Shown piece after piece: positions 34,760 to 46,253 of a DNA stretch of 64,000 nucleotides. Under the pieces are notes generated by a model. The model made no database searches. It was not told where the DNA came from and saw only the letters and a list, made by a program, of their open reading frames with translations. Made by a program: the position numbers and the translations under genes. The number at the start of each line of letters is the position of its first letter. Position 1 is the stretch's first letter. Source of the DNA: Cycas panzhihuaensis (lineage: Eukaryota; Plantae; Cycadophyta); contig CM041465.1 in assembly GCA_023213395.1 (NCBI GenBank), forward strand, positions 69,695,741 through 69,759,740, written 5' to 3'.

Positions 34760-37700
34760 TCTTGAACTATATTATATTTTACTTGCGTTTGATGTAGTGT
34801 CTGTTTGATCGTGGAATGCAGTTTAGTCATGTGATCAATAAATGAAACAACTTTCTGTTGTTCTTTCTATTCATGCCCTGTGACAAAAGAATGAACGACA
34901 AATAAAAGTTCATCAGGAGCAAGTGCTTGATATCTATAGCAGACTTCAAAGGGAGATTGTCCAATAGAAACATGTTGCTCGATTATAACTATGCTAGATA
35001 TGATGGAGATGTAAGTCCCATTGTGTAGTGCTATGTTGGTAAATGTAGAGTGCATGTACCAATGTGCGATTAACCGCCTCTATTTGAGCATCAATTTGAG
35101 GATGAAAAGAAGTTGAAAATTTGAGCTAACAATCGAGTATTTTCCAAAGGGATTGCCAAAAATGACTGAGAAAACGACTATCCCTATTTGAAACTATAGA
35201 AAGTGGAAAACCATAGTGAGTTCAAACATGTTGAAAAAAATAACTCAATAGCGTGAGAAGCAAAAATGTTTTTTGTGTAGGGAATGAAAATTGCCATTTT
35301 GGAAAACTGATGAACAACGATAAATATGCAGTCGTGGCCATGCTAAGTGGTGGGTAGTCTACTGATGAAGTCCATCGAAACAGATTCCCATGGCCGACTG
35401 GGAACAAGAAGTGGTTGATAAAGTCCTAGTTTGTGATTAGATGGTTTGGATTGACTACAGAGAGAGCAACGTCGTATATAATCCTCAATTATCTTTTGCA
35501 TAGAAGGCCAGTAAAAATAACACTAAAGGTGTTGAAGAGTTTTGTTCGTTCCAAAGTGCCCGTCACAAGTCGAAGAATGAACTTCTTTAAGTAACTGTTG
35601 TCTTGGAGTGCCCATAGGAACACACAGATGATTCACTTTGTAGAGGAGTCCATCTTTGAGATGATAATCCAAAAAAGGCTCGAGATTAGTTTGTGTGGGC
35701 TGAGACAAAACAATAAGGATACGACTAAATTGGGGATCAGAAGGAAACAAATTTTGCCATTCAGAATATGGATTGAGTGTAGTATTGATGAAGCTGGTTA
35801 AAGCTACGGTGGGAGGTCGACCAAGGAAATTAGTTACTTTGTTAGAGACACCTTTTTTGTATTTAATAACTAGTTGAAATTGTTGAATATAAGAAGCCCA
35901 TCTTAAGATGTCTGTGTTCCTGGATTTTGGATTAGGAGTTTAGAAACTGCAGTGGTTGGGGGTTAGTATGGATAATAGTTTCATTGCCAAGGAGAAAGTG
36001 TCACCAATGACGGAGAGTGTGGACAAGGGCATAAAATTCTTTGTCATAAGTACTATAATTGAGTTTGTCTTGAGAAAAGGTTTCAGAATGGTAAGCAATA
36101 GGATATCCTCCTTGGTTAAGAACAACACCAAGGGAAATTTGGGAAGTATCGATTTCTAGTTAAAAGGGTTGAGTGAGATCAGGAAGATGAAGAATAAGTG
36201 TAGTACAGAGGGCATCTTTGAGGTTTTGGAAAGATGATTTAGTAGAAGAGTTCCAGACAAAACTTGTGGAATTTTTGGTAAGAATGTCAAGTGGATGTGC
36301 AATGCTAGAGAAGTGGGAAATAAACTTCCTATAAAAGTTGACAGAACCAAGAAAACTTTTGAGCTCAGTTAGAATAGAAGGGGTTGGCCATTGCTGAATT
36401 ATTTGGACCTTTTCTGAATCAACATGAACGGCATCTTCGTTAATGATGAATCCAAGATAAAAGATAGATCTTTGGGCGAAGAAACATTTCTTGAATTTGG
36501 CTTTGAATTGATGTTGTCATAACAAAGCCATGACCGTATCGACATGATGAAGATGTTCCTCCAAATTGTTGTTGAAGACCAAGGTATCATCAAGATAGGC
36601 AATGACAAATTTACCCAAGTGAGGGCGAAAAATGCTATTAATAAGCCACATGAAAGTGGCAAGAGCATTAGTCAAACCGAAGGTATGACTAATGATTCAT
36701 AAAGGCCATTTTTAGTCTTGAAGGTTGTTTTCCAAGTATCTCGATCTTCGACCCAAACTTAATGGTACTCAGAGGTCAAGTTAATTTTAGTAAAATATTT
36801 AGCTTCCTTCAGATGATCCAATAAGTCATCAATGCATGGAAGTGGGTATCGATTCTTAACATTGATTTTGTTAAGAACTCGATAATCAATACATAGACGC
36901 CATTCTTTATTTTTTTTGGAAATGAGGATTACAGGTGAGCCACAAGGAGAACAACTTGGTTGAATTTTACCTTCGTCAATCAACTAAGCCAGTTGGCGCT
37001 CTAATTCAACATAAGTGAGAGGAGTAGTGCAATATGGAGCTTGATTGGGAAGTGAAGAACTTGGAACAAGATCAATAGAATGTTGCACAACACGTATTGG
37101 AGGAAGTCCCTTAGGTTCTGCAAAGACATCAGAGTATGTATCTAAAAGAGCTTTTATTGCTTTTGGAGGCGTTTTAGTATAATTTTCCTTTTCTGCTTGA
37201 CGAATTACACAAAGTACCATCTGCTTAGAGGTGTTGACAAGTCTGACTGCAATATTGCCAATGATGAGAGCCAATGATGGAGAAGCACTATTTACAGAAA
37301 TTAGTTTATATGCCTTCCCATTTTTGTGAAGTGTATAAGTATTATGATACCCATCAGACAATGCTTGTCAATCATGTTGATAGGGACATCTTGAGAGAAT
37401 GTCGTTGCAATCCATAGGAGTGACATCACAATCAACTGCATCCAAGAATGGTGGAATGGCAAACGTAACATGCAAACTTTGTCGACCACTACTGTGTGAC
37501 CATTAGCCGTGAGTATAGGGTTTAGGATGTGGCTTGGTCGTCAATTGTAAAGAATCCACTAATGTTTTTGAGATCAAATTCTTCATACTTCCATTATCAA
37601 TGATACAAAGAGCTAAGCAATACTTAATTTGACAATTCTTGGTGAAAAGTCATTCTCTCTAAGAAGCAGAATATTCAGTGGTCATTAGCACAAGATGTGG

Positions 37701-38801
37701 ATTTGGGGTCTGCAAATTAGGGACCTCTATGATTTTATCGGATTCTATCCATGCCTGATGTTTGGCGATCAAGGTGCATGATTTATGTTGCACTCAACAT
37801 TCAACGTCTATATGGCCTTGGCATTTGTGAAAAGAGCAATATTTTTTTGTATTAGTTGGTCGTGACACATTAGATGTTTTGGTAGTTGAGGCAGATGCTA
37901 GAGGCGATTGGGGTCTCTATTGTAACTTGCTTTCAATTTTAAGAGCAAATTGATAAGCAACTTCAAGTATAAGAATCTAGAGGAGATCCATCTCGCACTG
38001 CATAAATGAAAAAAGTCCACCAACAAATTTCAACTTAAGAATGTAGTCAGGAGTTTCTTCGAACCGGATAGAAAGTTTGACGAATTCATCAATGTATTGT
38101 TGAACAGTCTGTCCTATGACTTGTCGAAGATGTAGCCAATGTGTAGTGAGTTCATCAAGGTATCCCAAAGGATAGAACCGACTACGTATAATGTTTTTGA
38201 ATTCTGTCCATGACATAAGTGGTTTATCACAAGAGTATGTCTGCGACAATGTTAAGGCTTGTTCTGCCATATGCACTTCGACAACCATATATTTTTGTGC
38301 CTCCGTGAATTGTTGTATCTTGAAATAGGCTTCAAAACTTCGAAGCCATGCATCTAATTTGTCCGCGTTCATTGTACCTTCAAAAAATGGAATACTAATT
38401 TTGGCATCCAATTTAAATGGAGATGGTTGAATTGGAACGGGTGTTGGAATAGTCTGTTGTTGCAAAATCTGTTGAAACATGGTCATCATACTAGTGACAA
38501 AATTTTCTTAGAAAGTTTGGGCATCCCGACGTTGTTCACGAAGCTCCTGTGTTAAGAGTTCAATGATGTTCGGATGTGATTGATCCACTTGATCACGAGA
38601 CATGGTTGATCTACGTAGGGTACGCCTGCCTGTAGAGAGGGCTTATGGAAATATGCTCGTTTACCAGAAATTTTCAGAATGATATAGGGTACACCTGTCT
38701 ATTGTGAGGGCTTATGGCAGTATGCCCATTGTATAAAATATATGTATTATTATTATTATTATTTAATATATATATGCTTTTATACATACATACATACATA
38801 C

Positions 38802-38839
<38 letters not shown>

Positions 38840-39750
38840 TGAACCCAAAAAATATGAAAATTTAGAAGGAAAAAAGATTTTCCTGAAAAAATGCATTTTT
38901 TTGGCCTGAAAATATGGTCCCATACAATTGTACGGTTGTACGAAAATGTACGGCTAGAAATTGAAATGGGTCTTAAAAGAAAGATCTATGAGACGCCTAT
39001 CCAAATCTACAATCATTTTTTAATTGGAGGCCTGATTCTAAAGTTATTCGTGCTAGAAGAAATTTAGGAGGCAAGGGTTTCAAAGTCATTTTCATTCGTT
39101 TTGAAAAAAATATGAAATTTAATATAGCAATTGTATACTCAAAAAATAGATTTGATCAATGCGAAGAGATTAAGATCGGTTTCGAGAAATTTGCCTAAGT
39201 TTTTGGAGAAAAATCTACAGTTGAAGCTTCAAACTCGTGCCCTCCTTTTTCCTTGTTTTTTCGCTTTTCGAGTGAGATTTTTGTATCGCTCCTTTGGAAG
39301 AGTTTGACGTTCGTACAATTGCACACCTACTGGTGAATTTTCATTGAATTCTAAGCACCTTTTTTTTTGGTCAGTACAATTCTGTACGGTGGTCGTATGG
39401 CTGTCCATACACTTTTGCAGGCCCTAAAATTTGAATTTTTTTTAGGTCTTCTTAAGGCAATCGATGCTCTGTGCGTAATTCTATCTAGAAAAATGCCTTC
39501 AACCTTGTGTTTTCACAGGATGTCAAGACCTGAATCAGGCCAGAGGAATGGAAAGAAGGAATGGCTTCTCTCTTCATTGATTTCTTTGAAAATGATGTAC
39601 ATATACAAATTCAAGTTGGTTTGTATGTAGGACACATATGCGTTCCATGCAAGACTTGTGTCACCTGTGTGCCTAATTGATAATTAGGTAACCTAAGTGC
39701 CTTTTAAATTGTTAGTAAGACTATACAAATAAATACATAAATACTCATCA
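34760..39750 (-). mobile_element. Chromovirus (CRM-like) Ty3/Gypsy remnant G3, 3' truncated
   Basis: gag 37977-38560 (IPFFEGTMNADKLDAW), QHSIDLVPSSSLPN, WRLCIDYRVLNK, GHFGTNKT, WESVSMDF. Putative LTR at 39521-39750. Confidence 0.85.
38745..38839. repeat. Compound microsatellite (TAT)n(TACA)n(TA)n(TG)n
   Basis: Read directly from the sequence. Confidence 0.9.
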
Positions 39751-39807
39751 CCTAGCCACAAAAGCAGAGAGCTAACCCACAGATAATAGGAGAAGCCACA
39801 GCATGGA

Positions 39808-39808
<1 letters not shown>

Positions 39809-39838
<30 letters not shown>
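39809..39838. repeat. (TA)n microsatellite
   Basis: Read directly from the sequence. Confidence 0.9.
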
Positions 39839-39842
<4 letters not shown>

Positions 39843-39849
39843 CAAAGCC

Positions 39850-40878
39850 TTGCACACTATGAACAAGGTTGCATATCAAAAAAACAAATTTCTCCTTCTT
39901 TGCACAACTATAGTGAAGGTTACAAGAAATAAGTTCTCCTTCTGCTTCTTTGACACAATCTTGCAGTGAGAACAATGGAGGGCCACAAGACAACCAATAA
40001 CATATATTTTTTATCTCCTCAACAAGGCTGCTAATGAAAATCTTTTTCAGACTCCTACACCATGAAAAGAGCCTTATAATCTCTTAATAAAGCAACTAGC
40101 CAAGAAAGAGCCAGAAAGCTTTCTTTCCTTTACACAATATTAGCCTTTTTAAACACAAGGCATCCAAAAATTTTTGCATGAACTAACTTTCTAAAAAATT
40201 TGCAAGCTTATTATTTCTGAAATTTGAGAGAAAAATTGAAGATTACTCCATTGGATCGCCTTCGCATGGTGAAGGTCATCACCAATATTGGAGAAGAAAT
40301 GCTTGCATCCACTTCTCAAAAGGCTTAGCTATAATACCAGATTGTGAGAAAGAAGAATGCCACAGGATCTATTCGAGAAATCAGACAAGACACATATGAA
40401 TCATGCAAAGATGATAAATAGCTTGATTAAGCAACATGCGCTACATAACATAACAAGAATAGGGAGAAGAATTGATCTACAATTCAAACTATTACATAAA
40501 AAGATAGGAAGGAGAATTGATCTACTACTCAACCTATTAGAGCTACTTCAACAGCGTAACAATGACTTGAAAACTACATGCCAAAACAAGGAAGTATGGA
40601 TCCTTATAAAGGAGTTTCAACGATCATGATTGTGACATGTAATAAATCAAAAGAGAAAGACAAATTTGAATGAAACTCTACTTTCCAAGTGGGTGAGGAT
40701 GGTGACAAGTGTGGCCATCCAATCTTGACTTTTCCACTTAGCACATGTGGAAAAAGACACAAAAGACAAAAAACAATTTAAAAATAAAACAAAAGATCAC
40801 TTTAGCATAAAGCATAAAGTGACAAAATACAAATTTACATGGTCAAGACTTAATGCTTAGGACATGAAGGTTTTAACA
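39850..40878 (-). mobile_element. Copia remnant C5 (5' LTR, PBS and leader), related to C3
   Basis: LTR 40343-40878 resembles the C3 LTRs and ends CTTAATGCTTAGGACATGAAGGTTTTAACA. Degenerate PBS at 40328-40339. Confidence 0.8.
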
Positions 40879-41629
40879 CTATAGATTGCCCTTGCTATTG
40901 CTACCATCAGTTTTAATACCATTTGCGACGATGCCCAAGTATTTATGACATTTGCAACATAAAACATTCAGATATTAACATCTCATCATACATCACAATA
41001 TATTTTCCAATAATTCAAAGATAATAAAAGACTATAGAATAATAATAGATTAATATCAGATTTGTAAATTGAAAGCAATGGAAATGACACAAGCACCAGG
41101 ATCTATTGAGCAACAGGATAGGACATCATAACATGAAGGACTAAACTTTAGATTAATAGAAACATGGAGTACAAAACATGAAGATAATAGGGAGGAGCAT
41201 TCAACTTCAACTCAACCTATTATAGAAACAAGTAGGAAGGAGAATTGATCTCTACACTTCACTTACAAGTGATGTTACAGTAGCATAACTCTAACTCCAA
41301 TACTACATACCAAAACATGGAAAGTAGGACTTTTTATAAAGGAGATTGAACGATCAGGATCTAAACACATGTCACTTATCAACAGTACAAGACAAATCTG
41401 ATTAGAACTCTACTTTCCTCAAAGATAAGAATGGTGACAAGTAGAGCCATCCAAAGTTGACTTTCCACAAGAACATGTTGAAAAGTCACTACAAGACAAA
41501 AGACAATTTTATAATCAAACAAATGAACACTTTAAGATAAAGGCCTAAAGTGACAAAAATACTAATGCCCATGGTCAAGACTTAATGCTTAGGACATGAA
41601 AGTTTTAACACCCCCCTGAATGGATACAG

Positions 41630-44543
41630 CATTAAGTCGAATGTTGAGGCCGTTTCTGAAATGCTCGAACTTCTCTTTTCCAAGTTGGTGAAGATCTCGG
41701 CATCAATAGATCGGCTGAAATATACCAAGAGGTTGATCCAGATGTACCTCCTTAGCCGAATCATTGTTGACGTTGTGGACATTCATTTGGGATGATGGCC
41801 ACTTGCATTGTGCAGCTATTTGGAATGATGGCCACTTGCATTGTGCAACTAAGTCCATTACATCATCCATGGCACTGGCCTGCCACTTTTCAACTGTATT
41901 AGCCTCCGCAAAAGTGGAAGATGCTGGAGTATTAAGCACTTCACCCATAAGTGCATAGTTAATAGTCGTTGGTGACCGCATTTTGGATGGATGCTTGCCT
42001 TCAACAATTTGCGAATCTGCAATGGTCTGCATATACCATTTGGGCAGCTTCTTCGTCGATGTTACTTCATGGTCCTATGATGGAGGTGGTTGCGAAACCT
42101 CTAAGGAAGAAGAAGGACTCAATGAAGGAACTAGGGAAGATGAGGAGGAAGAAGAAGCAACAAGTGCTGATGAAGGACAAAGTGTTGAAGAAGTCGAGGG
42201 AACCGATTCCTCAACAATTGCTTTGCCTTTGTCAAGGGAGAGAGGAATGGGACTAAACTTAATCTCTCGATTATCTTCTGCAAAGACAACGTTTGGTGAA
42301 GTGTGAATCATTTTAGTAATGGGATCAAACAAATGATATGCTTTACTGCCAGGAGCATATCCAACAAAGATGCATTTGAGACTCTTGTCATCAAATTTTC
42401 GTCTTTGCTCATGGGGAATATTCATGTAGGCCATGCATCCAAAAGTACGTAGGTGACTGCCTGTTGGTTTCTGACCTGTCTCAGCCTCCTCTGGTATCAT
42501 GCTTGAAAGTGCAGAAGTAGAGTTGCGGTTTGATAGATATGCAGCAGTGAGAAGTGCTTCTGCCCAGTACGCCAATGAGAGACCTTTCGCATGCATCATG
42601 GCTTTCACCCTACTAATCAAGGTTCTATTCATTCGTTCTGCCACACCATTTTGTTGTGGGGAATAAGGGGTTGAAAATTGGCATTTGATGCCATTCTGAA
42701 CACAGAATTGATTGAAGTCCCTAGATGTATACTCACCACCATTATCGGATCTGAGTATTTTGATGTGCATGCCTGATTTATTTTCAACCACAAGTTTAAA
42801 TTCCTTAAACTTGTTCAAATCTTCTGACTTGTGCTTAAGAAAGTAGACCCACACTTTATGTGAGTAATCATCAATGAATGTCATGAAGAATGATGATCCT
42901 CCATGAGACTGAGTGGTCATGGGACCACAGATGTCAGAATGTATAAGCTGCAACGGATGTTGTGCTCTTCAGGCCTTACCTGTTTGAAAAGGTTCACGAT
43001 ACTACTTCCCCATAAGGCATGATTCGCAAAGGCAATTACCCTTAGAGATTTTGGGTAAGCCATAAACTAGATTTTGTCTGAACATCTATCTAATGCTATC
43101 CAAATTAAGATGTCCAAATCGTTCATGCCATAGTTGAGTCCTGTTTACAGATTAGGAGACAAAGGCATGAGAAGTGCCAAATGTAGCATCTAATTTATAG
43201 AGGCCACGATCTTCATGGCCGACTGCAACTATCTAGTCCTCTTTGTTCTTGATGATACATTTCATGTCCTTAAACAATACAGTCATCTGTTGTTTATCAA
43301 ACTGACTAACAGAGAGTAAATTCTTGGGCATTCCTGGAATTAAGAAAACATTGCTGCTACGAAATGTAGAATGTTGATCATGAGGTGCAATTTGTCCTGC
43401 ACCTGATATTTCTACAGTGGCATTGTTCCCAAATATCATTGTTTCTCCTATACATTCTTGAAAATTTGATAATATATCTGCATCGCCTGTCAAATGACGT
43501 GATGCACCAAAGTCAGTGATCCATGTGTTATCATTATGACTGCCACTATATGCAAAAAAGGTCATGTCACTTGGATCATGTTGAGATGTGTGGCCTTGAA
43601 AGCCACCACGATATGTTCTTTTTTGATGACCACCTCAGAATGCACCTTGAGTTGGTCCTTGTTGCTACTGCTGTTATTGGCGTTGATGCTGTTGTTAAGG
43701 TTGGTTTTGTTGTCGTTGATTTTGTTGTTGTTGTGGTTGTCGCAAATTACTCTATCGTTTTATGCAATTAGGATGAATGTGGCCAACTTTGCCACAATAA
43801 TGACAAATGACAGTCTTTGATTTTACATTAAGACTGCCAAATTTCTTCAGAAAACTCTGCTTGGGATGAAATGGCTACTTGGATTTGAACTTAGCTGAAA
43901 AAGCACCTAATGTGCTTGCCTCATCTTGCCGCAAGTAGATTTCTTCTTCTTGCAGCAACAAACGTTCTAACTCATTGAAAGTTAGAATCGATAAAGTGTC
44001 ATTTCGTGAAATGTCTGAAATGAAACCATTATACTCTTTAGGTAGATCATGAATTGTCGCAGTGACCAAGTTTTCATTTGGGACTGATTTACTAAGTGTT
44101 GTCAGTTGATTACTGATAGCCTTTACTGAAGATAAATAGGTTGCCATTGGAGCAACATACTTCAAACTAAACAATTTAACTTTATACATAACAATTCTTG
44201 CATCATCTTGATGTTCATACAAAGAAACAATTATATCCCAAGCATCTTTGGAAGTTGATGTAGATTCAATGTTCTGATCGACACTATCACTAATAGACAG
44301 ATGAATAAAAGCAAGTGCGACTTCATCTTTTGTTTTAAAAGAAGCTAATGCAACAGTATCAATAGGAATTAAAGTTGGTGGATTAGCAGGATCAGGAGTG
44401 GGTTCGGGTTTGGCGATTTCACCTAATACATAACTCCACAACTCGTTCATAATCGACAAATTCTTAGCTTGCTTCTGCCATGTAAGATAGTTCTTAGCAC
44501 TTGTTAGTTTAATGGTGTTTGCATTGAGCATCTGTGTTGCCAT
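41630..44543 (-). pseudogene. C3 gag-PR-INT polyprotein with vestigial RT/RH
   Basis: MATQMLNANTIKL gag, WITDFGASRH, a 292-aa INT ORF (HSDICGP, RSDNGGEY, QQNGVAER). RT/RH are reduced to <250 bp. Confidence 0.9.
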
Positions 44544-46245
44544 CTTGATTAATATACCAAATTAAACTTGGAGACTTTTGAGTTAACGCCACTTAAGTTC
44601 CACTCGATATCCAACAATGATCAGTACAAGATTGAAAATTATGGATGGAATAGAGGGCTTAGCTTGCAAGTTGTCCAACCTGATACTAGAATCAGCGTTG
44701 GCCAAGTTAACGGTACTTGAGGCAGAGTAAGAACTCTTTTCGGGCCTCCCCACTTAGTGTTTTTAATGATTAAAAGTGCTAAAATAAGTGCTTATAGGTT
44801 TTTTTTTTTTTTTGTTGTAAACTTCGTTAAAAAGACTTCAAAAGTACAACGTAGTTGCATTAAATGATAAATAATGCAATTAAATACAAAAAAAAAAAAA
44901 ATTAAGTGAGATAATCAGCAGCTAATCACAATGAATTTTAATGCCTAGACAAGCCAATGAAGCAAGTCAATCACCACGAACACCTGGGATCAAAAAATGA
45001 TCCCGACGCACCAAAAAAAATTGAAGTCTTTATTGATCTTTGTACCTTTTTGTGTATGAAGTCGAGCCTCATAGTAATTGGGTCACCTCGCAAGGAGCCC
45101 AGTGAGCAGAAGTGCTTCAAATGATACAATTCAGGCTTAAATAGGCCAAAATAATGGTGATTAATTCACCAAAATTGCTTACAAAAGATAGTGTGATTAA
45201 CACACTTTAAAAAAACCTTTGAAAAAGATAAAAATTAAAAGCACTTTAAGCTCAAATTTAATGACCTAAGTCACCTCACAGGGAGCTTAGCGTTATTAGA
45301 AAAAAGTGATTAAAGCCTCTTTACAATGATGAAATGGAGGATAACAAATAACTTTAACAAAACTAAAGTTTAAAATGAAAAATTAAAAATGGAATATACT
45401 AAGTATATTCCAAATGTTATAACCAAAGTTTAAAAACTATGTGAAGATCGAAATTTCTTCAAATAAACTGGCGACGGCGAAAAATAAACGGGGTACTCAA
45501 ATATGCGAGCAGAGACAATTACCAGGTGCGAGTGGATTCAATTTGCAGGCACGTTGAGGTTACCAGCACGCGATAGATGCAGTCGCTATAAAGAAATCGA
45601 CCACGCAAAGGAATGAAGAGCCACTGAAAACCACAAGGAGCAGGTGATACACAGACGTAATGTTGAATGGAAGCCTACTACGGAGGAGTCGAGATCAAAT
45701 AGTGCACGAGCAGGAGGATACACCAGGGCCAGACAGTGAGCACATCACAAAGAATGTCCACCGAACACTTAACAGCGCTGCACAGCGACGAAAGCAAGGT
45801 CAAGAAGGTGCAGGTCGCACAGCGAAGTGATGGCCGAACAAAGCACAAACAGGCCAGAGCCACACAAAGCCACACGTCACGTTGAAGTAGATAGACAAAC
45901 AGAGCACGCGCAGGTCACTCGCAAATAGTGCAGATGAGAGAGGCGCCATGGGGGCAGGGACAAGAAGTCATAGAGAGAGTCATGTGGATTGATTAGTATA
46001 GACTGCGCACAGTCCACAGAGCAGCCACGCACGAGAAGATGCTATGTGAGTCGCACGTTTGGAAGAAGGAGTTGTCAACGTATTGCTCCACAGGATGGCA
46101 CAGAGGCACAGAGTTCACGTGAGCCATTACGGGAGGCGCACAAACATGCAACTCCAAAGGAGAGACAAGAGCCCAGTGACAGGAGGCAATTGCTTGGAGA
46201 TGCGGGACGAGTTTCGAAAGCCACAGATGGGAGCCGCAATACTTG

Positions 46246-46253
46246 TATTTATA
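46246..46253 (-). promoter_or_regulatory. Candidate internal TATA box (TATAAATA) upstream of the CpG-rich cassette
   Basis: GCTATAAATAC on the minus strand, at the boundary between AT-rich leader and the GC-rich block. Confidence 0.4.

Noticed and set aside
35362-35381. Hammerhead-like CTGATGA..GAAAC
   Set aside because: It is the antisense of integrase codons WESVSMDFIS, and stem II cannot form.
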